Shown: positions 1 to 9,550 of the stretch, in pieces
Position numbering within the stretch: position 1 is the first letter of the stretch
Layout: each line of letters begins with the position of its first letter
The notes under the pieces: generated by a model
What the model was told of the DNA's origin: nothing
The model's input: only the letters and a program-made list of their open reading frames with translations
Database searches by the model: none
Source: Anaerolineae bacterium
Lineage (GTDB): Bacteria; Chloroflexota; Anaerolineae; DUEN01
Direction: 5' to 3'
Assembly: GCA_034432955.1 (NCBI GenBank)
Contig: DAOUBB010000086.1
Span: forward strand, 4,839 to 68,838
Length of the DNA: 64,000 bases
Made by a program: the position numbers and the translations under genes

Positions 1-303
1 GGGGAAGAAGATGGGGTGATAGCCGGGCAGGGTGAGCACCTTCCAGGCTTCCAGCCCCTCGAACGCCTCGTCGAAGTGATAGCCAGGCGGTATGCGGTCG
101 AGCGCCCAGAAACGCAGCCAGGCCGCCCCCAGCGTGATCAGAAGCGGCCACAGCCACGGCCGGGCAAGTCGCGCGGTCGAGCGAGAGGAGGATCCGGACG
201 GCATCGGCGGCAGTATACCACACTGCTTGCGCTGCCGCCAAGCGCTGCCGACGAACGTGGCGCGAGCTTCAGCTCGCAGACCACAATACGCGACACGATC
301 CCC

Positions 304-332
304 TTGACCGGCGCGCAACCCTCTGCTATAGT
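304..332 (+). promoter_or_regulatory. sigma70-like promoter (TTGACC-17-TATAGT) upstream of hemL
   Basis: TTGACC at 304-309, 17-nt spacer, TATAGT at 327-332. TGGAGG RBS at 351-356 precedes the ATG at 364. Confidence 0.5.
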
Positions 333-363
333 CCCGCCAAGATCTGCATCTGGAGGCCAGACG

Positions 364-1647
364 ATGACCCATCACAAATCCGCCGAGCTGTTCGCGGCCG
401 CGCGGCGGCTGATCCCCGGCGGGGTCAACAGCCCCGTGCGCGCCTTTCGAGGGGTGGGAGGCACCCCCCGCTTCATCGAGCGCGGCCAGGGACCGTACAT
501 CTGGGACGCCGATGGCCGCCGCTATGTGGACTACGTGCTGAGCTGGGGACCGCTTATCCTGGGCCACGCCCATCCGCGCGTCGTGGAGGCCATCACCCGC
601 CAGGCCCGGTGCGGCACCAGCTTCGGCGCCCCCACTGCGCTGGAGACGCGCCTGGCCGAGCTGATCGTCGAGCGGATGCCGACGATCGAAATGGTGCGCT
701 TCGTCAACTCCGGCACCGAGGCGACCATGAGCGCGCTCCGCCTGGCGCGGGCCTTCACCGGCCGCGACAAGATCGTCAAGTTCGAGGGGTGCTACCACGG
801 CCACGCCGACATGCTGCTGGTGCAGGCGGGAAGCGGCGTCGCCACGCTGGGCCTGCCCGATTCGCCCGGCGTGCCCCGCGGCGCCACCCAGGACACGCTG
901 GTGGCACCATACAACGACCTGAACGCCGTAGCCGCGCTCTTCGAGCAGTACCCTGATGCCATCGCAGCCGTCATCGTCGAGCCCGTGGCAGGAAACATGG
1001 GGGTGGTGGTGCCCGCGGACGGGTTCCTCGCCGGCCTGCGCGATCTGTGCACGCGCCACGGCGCGCTGCTCATCTTCGACGAGGTGATGACAGGCTTCCG
1101 GGTGCACCCCGGCGGCGCGCAGGCGTTATACGGGATCACTCCGGACCTCACCTGCCTGGGCAAGGTGATCGGCGGCGGGCTGCCCGTGGGCGCTTACGGT
1201 GGCCGGCGCGAGATCATGCAGACAGTAGCCCCGGCCGGCCCCATGTATCAGGCCGGCACCCTCAGCGGCAATCCGCTGGCGATGGCCGCCGGCATCGCCA
1301 CGCTGGAGGAGCTACGAGAGGCGAGCGTGTGGGAGGGGCTGGAGCGCAAGACCCGCACCCTGTGTCAGGGGATCGGCCAGGCGGCGCGGGCTGCGGGCGT
1401 GCCCGTCTACCAGACGCAGGCGGGGAGCATGTTCTGCACCTTCTTCCAGGCCGGCCCGGTGACCGACTACGCGTCGGCCAGGCGGAGCGACACGGCCCGC
1501 TACGCGCGCTTCTTCCACGCCATGTTGGAGCGGGGGGTGTACCTAGCGCCATCGCAGTTCGAGGCGGGGTTCATGTCCACCGCCCACAGCGAGGAGGAGA
1601 TCGAGGCCACTATCACGGCAGCACAGGCCGCCTTCGCAGCGGGATAA
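364..1647 (+). CDS. hemL: glutamate-1-semialdehyde 2,1-aminomutase
   Basis: Translation starts [28 protein letters not shown] and runs to about 428 aa, typical of HemL, a class-III PLP aminotransferase. The ORF-track extension from 16 is upstream of the promoter and RBS. Confidence 0.9.
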   Translation: MTHHKSAELFAAARRLIPGGVNSPVRAFRGVGGTPRFIERGQGPYIWDADGRRYVDYVLSWGPLILGHAHPRVVEAITRQARCGTSFGAPTALETRLAELIVERMPTIEMVRFVNSGTEATMSALRLARAFTGRDKIVKFEGCYHGHADMLLVQAGSGVATLGLPDSPGVPRGATQDTLVAPYNDLNAVAALFEQYPDAIAAVIVEPVAGNMGVVVPADGFLAGLRDLCTRHGALLIFDEVMTGFRVHPGGAQALYGITPDLTCLGKVIGGGLPVGAYGGRREIMQTVAPAGPMYQAGTLSGNPLAMAAGIATLEELREASVWEGLERKTRTLCQGIGQAARAAGVPVYQTQAGSMFCTFFQAGPVTDYASARRSDTARYARFFHAMLERGVYLAPSQFEAGFMSTAHSEEEIEATITAAQAAFAAG

Positions 1648-1678
1648 ACTGAGGTTCCTCAAAAGGCAGCCGGAAGGC

Positions 1679-1707
1679 GGTGGCAGAAGGCAGTGCCTTC
1701 TGCCACC
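1679..1707. terminator. hairpin between convergent hemL and ferritin genes
   Basis: GGTGGCAGAAGG-cagtg-CCTTCTGCCACC: 12-bp perfect stem. There is no clear U-tract on the plus side and a short T-run on the minus side. Confidence 0.45.
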
Positions 1708-1744
1708 CAAAGAGCCAGACTTCAGAAAAAGCTTTCGCGTGCTC

Positions 1745-2233
1745 CTATTCGCGCTTGCCCAGCTCCCGGTCCAACATGAAGAGAGCCCCCTTATGGTCTC
1801 CGATCATCTTCAGCGTCTCGATGATTTGAGCCGCGGTGCGCTCTTCCTCCACCTGCTCGTCCACAAACCACTGCAGAAAGCTCTGGCTGGCATAGTCCTT
1901 CTCCTGGACCGCCAGCGCATAGAGGTTGCTGATCATCCCTGTCACTTTCTGCTCGTGAGCGAGAGCCTCCTCGAAGACGTGCAGCGGCGACTGAAAGTCG
2001 GCTGGCGGCTGGTCAATGACCTTCAGGATGACGCGCCCGCCACGATCGTAGATGAAGTCGTAAAACTTCATGGCGTGCCCTGTCTCCTCCTGGGCCTGCA
2101 CGCGCATCCAATGGGCAAAGCCCAGAAGGTTGACCGAATCACAGTAAGCCGCCATCGAGAGGTACAGGTAAGCAGAGTAGAACTCGTTCTTGATCTGTTC
2201 GTTCATCGCGTCCTGGATGGTCTTGCTAAGCAT
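1745..2233 (-). CDS. non-heme ferritin
   Basis: 162 aa. Ferritin-like di-iron motifs ([23 protein letters not shown]), typical bacterial Ftn length. Confidence 0.85.
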   Translation of the reverse strand: MLSKTIQDAMNEQIKNEFYSAYLYLSMAAYCDSVNLLGFAHWMRVQAQEETGHAMKFYDFIYDRGGRVILKVIDQPPADFQSPLHVFEEALAHEQKVTGMISNLYALAVQEKDYASQSFLQWFVDEQVEEERTAAQIIETLKMIGDHKGALFMLDRELGKRE

Positions 2234-2376
2234 GGCTTCTTTCTCCTTGTTATTGGTTGCACGAGATCGTTCGATGGACCGGCAACGCCGCTGACACGAT
2301 CAGCTTCAGCGCCCGATGCGGCCGACAATAGTATAAGCGCGCCACAAGCCAATAACCGTAATCCTTCACCCGGACT

Positions 2377-3612
2377 CTACTTGACCAGAAACGCGGTCAG
2401 GTACATGATGCCGATCCCGGCCGCCAGCCCGCCCACATTGATCCAGGATGCAGCCAGCCAATCTCCGCGCCCGCCCTCCGCCACCAGAAGCCGGCCGACC
2501 TCATAGACGACCTGAAGGATCGCGCCCGCGCCGATGGCGAGAAAGAGGACAGCCAGGATCGGGGAATACGCGAAGCCGCCGATCCACGTGCCCACGATGG
2601 CCGGAGCGCCCGCCAGCACCGCCAGCCCAGCCAGCCGGAGCAACCCCGGCTGATCACGCGCGATCGGCGCGCCAATGCCAACCCCCTCCGTGATGTTGTG
2701 CAGGGTGAAGCCGACCACCAGGAACGCGCCCAGCGCCGCCTCGCCCAAGGCGACGGCGGCGCCGATAGCCATGCCCTCACCCAGGTTGTGCAACCCGATC
2801 CCCAACGCGATCATCGTCGCCAGCCAGAGCCGGCCAGGGCCGGTCGCACGATCCGCCGCGCCCGAGTGGCGGCCGACCGCCACCAGCACGAGGAAGCTGA
2901 GCAGGCCGGCGAAGAAGATCAGCGGCACCGCCTGGAACACCCCAGGCACCTGACGAGCAATCTCGATCCCCTCCAGGACCGTGTCCATCAGCAGGAATAC
3001 GAGCAGGCCAACGGTAAGCGCCAGCACGAAGTTCATGCCGCGACGCCCCAGCCGTCGTAACAGCGGGAACCACATCAGCCCCAGCCCCACCGGCACGATC
3101 CCCACATACAGCCCGATCAGAGCGAACAACAGCCAATAGCGGAGATCCGGCTGCGGCGTCTCCACCGCCACTGGGACATGGCCCTCAAAGGTGAGGCCGG
3201 TGCTGGTCACCAGTCTGACCACATGCGTCTCGCCCTGAACCCACGGATAGGGGATCGTCACCGTCGCCCGCCCCAGCCGCGGGATCGTGGCAGAGGGTTG
3301 GATCTCAAAGGGCCAGTAGGCATCGTCCACCTGCACTTGCGCCACAGTCACCGGCTCAAGCCCGCCGTTGACCACCTCGGCGATCATCCCCTCCGGCCGC
3401 AGTCGGATGCGCTCGATCGTCAACTCCTCAACCGGTGGCAGGTTGCCGGTGAGCGCGCTAAGCGGGTTCCACCGTACGAATGCCCACAACAACATGGCCA
3501 AAACCAGCAGCGGCAGCGCCGCCCACAGCCAGCCGGGCAGGAGCACGGCCACAGTCCGCTGCTGCGCCGAAGAAGGCGTCGTCCCCATGTCTCCCCCTTC
3601 CTCCCGTTTCAC
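2377..3612 (-). CDS. ZIP-family divalent metal transporter with N-terminal TM plus extracytoplasmic domain
   Basis: C-terminal two thirds carry ZIP signatures (GIGLHNLGEGMAIGAA, HNITEGVGIG) and multiple TM helices. An N-terminal extension of about 150 aa has one TM and a beta-rich domain. The GTG start at 3612 overlaps the stop of the upstream oxidase (GTGA); the alternative ATG is at 3588. Confidence 0.8.
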   Translation of the reverse strand: MKREEGGDMGTTPSSAQQRTVAVLLPGWLWAALPLLVLAMLLWAFVRWNPLSALTGNLPPVEELTIERIRLRPEGMIAEVVNGGLEPVTVAQVQVDDAYWPFEIQPSATIPRLGRATVTIPYPWVQGETHVVRLVTSTGLTFEGHVPVAVETPQPDLRYWLLFALIGLYVGIVPVGLGLMWFPLLRRLGRRGMNFVLALTVGLLVFLLMDTVLEGIEIARQVPGVFQAVPLIFFAGLLSFLVLVAVGRHSGAADRATGPGRLWLATMIALGIGLHNLGEGMAIGAAVALGEAALGAFLVVGFTLHNITEGVGIGAPIARDQPGLLRLAGLAVLAGAPAIVGTWIGGFAYSPILAVLFLAIGAGAILQVVYEVGRLLVAEGGRGDWLAASWINVGGLAAGIGIMYLTAFLVK

Positions 3613-4745
3613 TCCAACACCTCAAAGAACCCCATCCACCCCAGCTCTGCGAACTCGCTCTGGTGCGCGTGGAACATGTAAAGCCCTGGCTCATAACCCG
3701 CATACGAGAACTCGAGGATGCCGCGCTGCGCTTGGCATTGCATGATCGTGTCCACCGTCCGCAGCGTGGGCTCCAGCGTCGTGCCGTGGTCGTAATAGTC
3801 AAAGAAATTGCCGTGCAAATGAAACGAGTTGATCAGGTCCAGCTCGGTGATGTTGACCAGGTAGATCCGCTGCAACTGATCGCGCCTCACCGGGATGGGA
3901 TGTTTCATGTAGGCGAAAGCCACGGTGTTCACAGCATAGACCTCGTTTTCCCCATCGAAATTGGTATCGAACGCGTTCATGACCATGACCATCTCGTGCA
4001 CCGCGTCGTGCTCCGGGTAGCGGTGATTGCGGGTCTTGGCCACCTCTCTGGCACGCCCCTCTTGTCGCTCAGGGTCAGGGTCGATGATGAAGACCCCGTA
4101 TAGCCCTTTGTGGATGTGACGTTTCAGCGGGATCGCATGGCAATGATAGAGATGACAGCCGAAGGGATAGGCATCGAACTCGTAGATGGTGCTCTCGCCG
4201 GGGGCAATCAAGCCGGCGCCGATGCCCGGCACCCCATCCATCGCGGCGGAATGGATGCCATGAAAGTGAATGGTGTGGGGGTGGCTGCCGGCGTTGATGA
4301 ACCGGACGCGGACGCGATCCCCCTCAACGCAGCGAAGAGTCGGCCCCGGCACGCGGCCGTTGTAGGTCCAAGCGGGGAAGAAAACCCCCGGCGCCACTTC
4401 GATCTCCTTGTCGGCGGCGACAAGGGTGTACTCACGCAAGGTCCGCCCGTTGTCGAGCTGGCTGACCAGGCCATAGTCAAACTCGGTCAAATACGTCAGC
4501 GGATCCAGTCCGTTGGCGGCGTAATTCACCTCGCCCACCGTCCCCATCGCCTCGTGGCTCAGGCGAGAGGGAGGCGCATCATCCCCATGCGTTGGCCCTT
4601 GCCAGGGCGGCGCCGCCCAACCGGCCATCCTCTCCGCCAACGCTACGATCCCGCTCAACCCCGCTGCCCCGACCGTTCCCACTCGCAACAGTTCTCGGCG
4701 CGACAGGTGTGCCGAGCGAAGCCACTCTGTTATCCGTCTCCGCAT
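3609..4745 (-). CDS. Tat-secreted two-domain multicopper oxidase
   Basis: Twin-arginine signal (RRELLRVGTVGAAGLSG). Copper-ligand motifs HPHTIHFHGIH, HCHAIPLKRHIH and FHAHQSEF. 378 aa, so two cupredoxin domains. Confidence 0.75.
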   Translation of the reverse strand: MRRRITEWLRSAHLSRRELLRVGTVGAAGLSGIVALAERMAGWAAPPWQGPTHGDDAPPSRLSHEAMGTVGEVNYAANGLDPLTYLTEFDYGLVSQLDNGRTLREYTLVAADKEIEVAPGVFFPAWTYNGRVPGPTLRCVEGDRVRVRFINAGSHPHTIHFHGIHSAAMDGVPGIGAGLIAPGESTIYEFDAYPFGCHLYHCHAIPLKRHIHKGLYGVFIIDPDPERQEGRAREVAKTRNHRYPEHDAVHEMVMVMNAFDTNFDGENEVYAVNTVAFAYMKHPIPVRRDQLQRIYLVNITELDLINSFHLHGNFFDYYDHGTTLEPTLRTVDTIMQCQAQRGILEFSYAGYEPGLYMFHAHQSEFAELGWMGFFEVLE

Positions 4746-4754
4746 GCCATCACC

Positions 4755-5441
4755 TCACTGCACGAGATCTCGCTTGATCGAATCCGCCTCAATTCGGGTC
4801 ACAAACACGTAGCCGGCCACCTCACGCCCCAAAGCATGTCGAGATCCCTTGATCTGGACGACTATCGGGGTGTCGAACGGCCCCGTCTCCACCACCTGCA
4901 TCTCCGACCCAGGGACAATCCCCAGGTCGCCCAGGTAGCGCAACAGAGCAGGGTCATGATCGCTCACCTCGACCACCTGGGCCGCTTCTCCAGGCCTCAG
5001 GTCAACCAGGAGGATGTGAGCCGATTGGACTATCGTCCCTTCACGGGTCGGGATGGGGGCTCCATGTGGATCGGTGGTCGGATGGCCCAACAGCGCATCC
5101 ATGCGATCTTCCATCTCCTCCGACAGCACATGCTCCCACCGATCCGCCTCTTGATGCACCTGATCCCAGGGGACCCCCATCGCCTCCGCCAGATACCGTT
5201 CGATCAGCCGATGGTGTCGGATCACTTCCAGGGCGATCTTCCGCCCTGCCTCGGTGAGCAAGACGCCCTGGTAAGGCTCGTAGTCCAGGAGGTTCATGGC
5301 GGCCAGCTTCTTGATCATGCCGGTAACAGAGGCCGGCGTCACATGCAGTCGCTCGGCCAGGGCGGTGGTGGCGACCTTGCCCTGTTCCTGCTGGATCTCG
5401 TAGATCGCTTTCAGGTAATCTTCGACCGCCTGGGTATGCAT
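4755..5441 (-). CDS. DtxR/IdeR-family metal-dependent transcriptional regulator with C-terminal FeoA/SH3-like domain
   Basis: N-terminus DYLKAIYEI...TTALAERLHVTPASVTGMIKKL is the DtxR HTH. RHHRLIERYL is the dimerisation helix. A C-terminal FeoA-like domain follows. Confidence 0.85.
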   Translation of the reverse strand: MHTQAVEDYLKAIYEIQQEQGKVATTALAERLHVTPASVTGMIKKLAAMNLLDYEPYQGVLLTEAGRKIALEVIRHHRLIERYLAEAMGVPWDQVHQEADRWEHVLSEEMEDRMDALLGHPTTDPHGAPIPTREGTIVQSAHILLVDLRPGEAAQVVEVSDHDPALLRYLGDLGIVPGSEMQVVETGPFDTPIVVQIKGSRHALGREVAGYVFVTRIEADSIKRDLVQ

Positions 5442-5460
5442 TTTGTGGCCCCTAAAAATA

Positions 5461-5480
5461 AATTTAGTTTTACCTAAATT
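5461..5480. promoter_or_regulatory. candidate DtxR-family operator (iron-box-like palindrome)
   Basis: AATTTAG-TTTTAC-CTAAATT is a perfect 7-bp inverted repeat with a 6-bp spacer, about 20 bp upstream of the dtxR start codon. It sits in a conspicuously AT-rich block (5445-5500) and resembles the TTAGGTTAGSCTAACCTAA iron box. Confidence 0.4.
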
Positions 5481-5572
5481 TTACATTATTTTATCTCTTT
5501 TTCCCCCCGCCTGTCAAGTGAAGGGGGTGACCAGGGCTTTTCAAGGCTCTAATGGATGCCCTGCCTTCCGTT

Positions 5573-5752
5573 GTGGGGTGGGCTTCAGCCCGCACCCTGC
5601 GGCCAGAAGGCCGCGCCGCGCCGGGTGGGGTGGGCTTCAGCCCGCACCCTGCGGCCGGAAGGCCGCGCCACGCCGGGTGGGGTGGGCTTCAGCCCGTACC
5701 CTGCGGCCTAAAGGCCGCGCCACACCGTGTGGGGTGGGCTTCGGCCCGCTTG
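5573..5752. repeat. tandem direct repeat, 52-bp unit, 3 full copies plus 1 partial
   Basis: Unit GTGGGGTGGGCTTCAGCCCGCACCCTGCGGCCAGAAGGCCGCGCCGCGCCGG at 5573-5624, 5625-5676 and 5677-5728 with 2 to 5 mismatches, then a degenerate partial copy to about 5752. Each unit holds two palindromes: GGGCT-tc-AGCCC and GCGGCC-agaa-GGCCGC. 52 is not a multiple of 3, so the array is non-coding. Confidence 0.8.
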
Positions 5753-5804
5753 CGCTCACGAAGTCTGGCGCAAACGGGGCCGGTTCGGACTTTTCAGACA
5801 CTCT

Positions 5805-5832
5805 TGACATATGAACCTTCCTGTGTTAGAAT
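5805..5832 (+). promoter_or_regulatory. sigma70-like promoter (TTGACA-16-TAGAAT) for the LacI-family gene
   Basis: TTGACA at 5805-5810 and TAGAAT at 5827-5832. GAGGGGAG RBS at 5867-5874, 7 nt before the GTG at 5882. Confidence 0.5.
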
Positions 5833-5881
5833 ACGTTATGCAGCATACGATTGCGGTATATTGCGTGAGGGGAGTTCTGGC

Positions 5882-6919
5882 GTGCCTCGAAAGCGTACCG
5901 GCCAACCGACCTCGATCACCATGCGCGACGTGGCTAGGGTCGCCAATGTCTCCCAGAGCACCGTCTCACGTGTCCTGAACCGCTCTGCCTCCCCCATTCC
6001 CATCGGCGAAGAGACCCGTCGACGGGTCCTCGCCGCCGTCGAACAGTTAGGGTATCGCCCTAACGTCTACGCCAGAAGCCTGCGCGGTCAGAAGACGCGT
6101 ATGATCGCCATGATGATCGCCGACATCGCCAACCCCTTTTACCATCCTATGGTGCGCGCCGTGCAAGACGTGGCGCATCAGCATCACTATGATGTGATGG
6201 TGGCCAATTCGGATCACCTACGCGAAAATGAGGAGCATTTTTGCGACGCGATCATCCGGCGCCCGGTGGATGGCATCGTCATTGTGCCCTATCATCTGAC
6301 CGATGATGAGCTGGACCAGTTGATGAAGCGCACTGGGGTGGCCATCGCTTGCCTGGGCCAGCACATCTCCCACCCCCGCGTTGACGTGGTCTTTGGCAAC
6401 GACGGGGAGGCCACCTACGAAGCGGTGCGCTGGCTCATTGAGCAGCGCGGCCATCGGCGCATTGGCTTTATCGGCGTCACCATGGCGTTCTCGGCCGGCG
6501 CCCGTCGCTATCAAAACTTCCAGCGCGCCATGGACGAGGCCGGCTTACCCGTCCCCAGCGAGTATGTGGTCCAGGGGGATTGGTCGTTTGAGAGCGGGCA
6601 AGCAGCCATGCGTGCTCTGCTCACTTTGCCTGCGCCGCCCACCGCGGTCTTCGCCTGCAATGACCACATGGCTATCGGCGCCTTAATGGCCGCTCAGGAG
6701 ATGGGATGGCGGGTGCCGGACGATGTGGCTATTGTGGGCTTTGACAACATCCCGCCCGGATCGTGGATTCGCCCCCGCTTAACGACGGTTGCCCAATATC
6801 CTCGAGAGATAGGGAAACAGTTGGCGGAAGCCTTATTTGAGCGGATTGAAGGCATGTATACCGGGCCGGGGCGCCGTTTCGAAGTCCCCTGTCGCCTGAT
6901 CGTGCGCGAATCGGCGTAG
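5882..6919 (+). CDS. LacI-family transcriptional regulator
   Basis: N-terminal HTH ([21 protein letters not shown]) and a periplasmic-binding-protein-like sugar-binding core. GTG start with a strong RBS. The ORF-track extension from 5552 runs through non-coding repeats. Confidence 0.85.
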   Translation: MPRKRTGQPTSITMRDVARVANVSQSTVSRVLNRSASPIPIGEETRRRVLAAVEQLGYRPNVYARSLRGQKTRMIAMMIADIANPFYHPMVRAVQDVAHQHHYDVMVANSDHLRENEEHFCDAIIRRPVDGIVIVPYHLTDDELDQLMKRTGVAIACLGQHISHPRVDVVFGNDGEATYEAVRWLIEQRGHRRIGFIGVTMAFSAGARRYQNFQRAMDEAGLPVPSEYVVQGDWSFESGQAAMRALLTLPAPPTAVFACNDHMAIGALMAAQEMGWRVPDDVAIVGFDNIPPGSWIRPRLTTVAQYPREIGKQLAEALFERIEGMYTGPGRRFEVPCRLIVRESA

Positions 6920-6963
6920 CTCTCTGGCCGCGGAAGCAGGCTTCGCCGTAGCTTAACGCTAGA

Positions 6964-6983
6964 GGTGTTAACACCCTAGGGTG
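6964..6983. promoter_or_regulatory. two overlapping perfect 12-bp palindromes (GGTGTTAACACC and CACCCTAGGGTG), candidate LacI operator
   Basis: Located between the lacI stop (6919) and the binding-protein gene start (7098). A third palindrome, TCATCC-tt-GGATGA, is at about 7000-7013. Confidence 0.35.
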
Positions 6984-7097
6984 CTGGATCATCCTTGGAT
7001 GAGGAGGTGATCTGATCGCCACGAAATGCGGAGTGAAACTCGCCTATCTTGCGACAGACTGATCATATCAACTCCCTTTTTCAGGAGGAGGACTCCC

Positions 7098-8501
7098 ATG
7101 TTCAAGCACAAACTCTCTCGCCGTGATTTCCTGAAGGCTAGTGGCCTTGTGATGGCTTCGGCCGCGCTAGCGGCCTGTGCTGCCCCAGCCACGCCCGCTG
7201 CCCCAGCTGCTGAGGAGGCAAAAGCAGAGGCCACCCCCGTTGAGCCTACACCTGTGCCGACGGTTGCCGTGAACGTGTACGGCCAGGCTGAGAAGCCCAC
7301 GATCGTTTGGCATGGCCTGACCGGTGCGGACGGCGCTACGTTCGCCACCCTGCTCCAGAAATTTGCCGAAGAGAACCCGGATCAAGCGGTCCGCTCCGAG
7401 GCATACGTCTGGGACGTATTCTTCCAAAAGTTCCCCACCGCCGTCGCCGCCGGCACCCCCCCTGATATGGCAATCTTCCATGCTGGTGAGGTGCCGCAGA
7501 TGACGTCCCAGGGCCTTATGATGCCGCTCGATGATGTTTACGCCGCTCAGCAGATCCCCAAGGACGATTTCGTCAAGGCTATCATGGACGTCATCACCAT
7601 CGAGGGGAAGACAATGGCGGTGCCATTTGACAATCACGGCTGGACGTGCTATGTGAACACTAAGGTGATCAAGGACGCCGGCCTGGATCCCGAAAATCTG
7701 CCCCAAAATGGCACCGAGTTCATTGATTGGGCGTTCAAGATCACAGTGGATGAGAACGGCAAACACCCCGATGAGGATGGCTTCAACCCTGATAAAATCA
7801 AGATCTGGCCAATCTGGTATACTTGGCCGCGCTTTACCATGCCCTCAACGTGGTTCCAATTCCGTGGCGGCACCTTTGACCCCAAGACGAACAAGGCTAC
7901 ACTGAATAGCGCTGAGAGCGTGGCAGCCGTCCAATATTGGCACGACTTGATGTATAAGTACCGTGTCGTTGCCCCTGCGTTGCCCGGCGTGCCGTGGGGA
8001 GGAGACATTTACAAGACTGACTCGCTGGCCATCATGTGGGAAGGCACCTGGATGCTGAACTACTTCAAGGATAACCCTGATGTCGCTGAGCACACCATTT
8101 GTGTGCCCATCAACTCCTTGGCACCTGATGGCAACCGGGGCCAGAAGATTGAAGCGCATATTTTCTGCATTCCGACAGGCGTCCAGCCAGACGGGGTCGA
8201 GCGCGCGTCCAAGCTCATCAAGTGGCTGTCTGATCACAGCGCAGATTGGGCCACCTCGGGTCAGATCCCTGCGCGCTTGTCTGTGCAAAAGGATCCACAG
8301 GTTCAGTCTATCTGGTCTGTCAAGGCCAGTGCCGAAGCGTTCCAGAAGTACGGGCGTGCCGACTTCCCGCACAAAGCCTTCATTGAGATCCAGACGGCCT
8401 GGGAGGCTGCCGTGAGCGCTGCCCTGGCAAATACCACGCCGCTACAAGAAGCTTTGGATGCCGGCAACCAGCAGATCCAATCTATCCTTGATCGTGGCTA
8501 G
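7098..8501 (+). CDS. ABC transporter substrate-binding lipoprotein (carbohydrate, family 1)
   Basis: [28 protein letters not shown] is a Tat-like lipoprotein signal with a lipobox Cys. AGGAGGA RBS. About 467 aa, MalE/UgpB-like fold. Confidence 0.85.
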   Translation: MFKHKLSRRDFLKASGLVMASAALAACAAPATPAAPAAEEAKAEATPVEPTPVPTVAVNVYGQAEKPTIVWHGLTGADGATFATLLQKFAEENPDQAVRSEAYVWDVFFQKFPTAVAAGTPPDMAIFHAGEVPQMTSQGLMMPLDDVYAAQQIPKDDFVKAIMDVITIEGKTMAVPFDNHGWTCYVNTKVIKDAGLDPENLPQNGTEFIDWAFKITVDENGKHPDEDGFNPDKIKIWPIWYTWPRFTMPSTWFQFRGGTFDPKTNKATLNSAESVAAVQYWHDLMYKYRVVAPALPGVPWGGDIYKTDSLAIMWEGTWMLNYFKDNPDVAEHTICVPINSLAPDGNRGQKIEAHIFCIPTGVQPDGVERASKLIKWLSDHSADWATSGQIPARLSVQKDPQVQSIWSVKASAEAFQKYGRADFPHKAFIEIQTAWEAAVSAALANTTPLQEALDAGNQQIQSILDRG

Positions 8502-8552
8502 TCACGTGGTCGCACTGGGTCCAGCCCTTCCTACCGAAGAGAGGCTCTTTCC

Positions 8553-8589
8553 GGGGGTTTTGGCAGCGCTTAGCACTGCCAAAACCCCC
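8553..8589 (+). promoter_or_regulatory. intercistronic stem-loop between binding-protein and permease genes
   Basis: GGGGGTTTTGGCAG-cgcttagca-CTGCCAAAACCCCC: 14-bp perfect stem in the 107-bp gap. Typical partial terminator or mRNA stabiliser that favours expression of the binding protein. Confidence 0.5.
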
Positions 8590-8608
8590 AACAGAGGAGT
8601 CGTGGAAC

Positions 8609-9541
8609 ATGGCGACAACTCGAGCTCTTCCGACCGGTGCCGTTGCTAGGAAAGTTCGGCGGAGCCGGTTGCGGAAGCAGTTGCCTAACTACCTGTTTGT
8701 CCTCCCTCATCTGATCCTGTTCACGATCTTCCTGGCGTGGCCGATCGCGCGCGGACTACAGATCAGCGCCTACGACTGGAAGATCATGTTGCCGTTCAGT
8801 CAGCAGAAATTCGTAGGGCTAGCTAACTTCAAAGCTTTGTGGGGCGACCCTTTGTGGTGGAAGGTGCTGAGCAATACGGTGAAGTTCACCTTAATGACCA
8901 TGGTGTTAAATACATTGTTCCCATTGAGCGTCGCCGTAGCGCTCAAGCAGAACTTCCGTGGGCGTGACTTCTTTCGTACGCTCTTCTTCGCCGGCAGCAT
9001 CCTCTCGGTGTCAGCCATGGCCATCATCGCAGCCCGCATCTGGGACCCTCAGCGTGGCATTCTCAATTACTTTCTCGTAGACGTTCTGGGCCTGCCGCGC
9101 GTTCAATGGTTAGGCAATACGAAAACTGTACTGCCCACACTTGCGGTTACTACGGTATGGTGGACCTTTGGCTTCCCCATGTTGGCGTTTCTCACCGCGC
9201 TTCAAAATATCCCGGAGCAGATCTATGAGGCGGCCAAAATTGACGGGGCGGGGCCTTGGCAAACCTTTACCCGTATCACGTTACCTCTGATCACACCAAC
9301 CACTTTGTTTGTGGTGTCCACTCAGTTTATTGCGCAAATGCAGATGTTCGGTCAAGCGTATCTCCTCACCGGCGGCGGCCCTGGCCATGAGTCGCGTACG
9401 GTGATGATCTATCTCTACGAGACGGCCTGGAAATTCTTCCGCATCGGATATGCTTCGACGATGGCGGTGGTCATGGCCTTTCTTATGATCGTGATAACAC
9501 GCCTCTGGTTTGGCATCTTCGGCAGTCGGTTTGAATACTAG
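8609..9541 (+). CDS. ABC transporter permease (MalF/UgpA-like)
   Basis: Six TM helices and the EAA loop ([21 protein letters not shown]). Confidence 0.85.
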   Translation: MATTRALPTGAVARKVRRSRLRKQLPNYLFVLPHLILFTIFLAWPIARGLQISAYDWKIMLPFSQQKFVGLANFKALWGDPLWWKVLSNTVKFTLMTMVLNTLFPLSVAVALKQNFRGRDFFRTLFFAGSILSVSAMAIIAARIWDPQRGILNYFLVDVLGLPRVQWLGNTKTVLPTLAVTTVWWTFGFPMLAFLTALQNIPEQIYEAAKIDGAGPWQTFTRITLPLITPTTLFVVSTQFIAQMQMFGQAYLLTGGGPGHESRTVMIYLYETAWKFFRIGYASTMAVVMAFLMIVITRLWFGIFGSRFEY

Positions 9542-9550
9542 GTGTGCCTT

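Noticed and set aside
16-363. N-terminal extension of the hemL ORF from position 16
   Set aside because: A promoter (TTGACC-17-TATAGT) and RBS lie inside the extension. HemL homologues begin near [10 protein letters not shown], so the start is placed at 364.
5573-5752. Possible CRISPR array
   Set aside because: The repeats are directly adjacent with no unique spacers, the unit (52 bp) is longer than CRISPR repeats, and no cas genes are nearby.
5552-5881. ORF-track extension of the LacI gene through the 52-bp repeat array (and the 123-aa ORF at 5443..5814)
   Set aside because: The 52-bp period shifts frame each copy, the region contains the lacI promoter, and the LacI HTH begins right after the RBS-preceded GTG at 5882.
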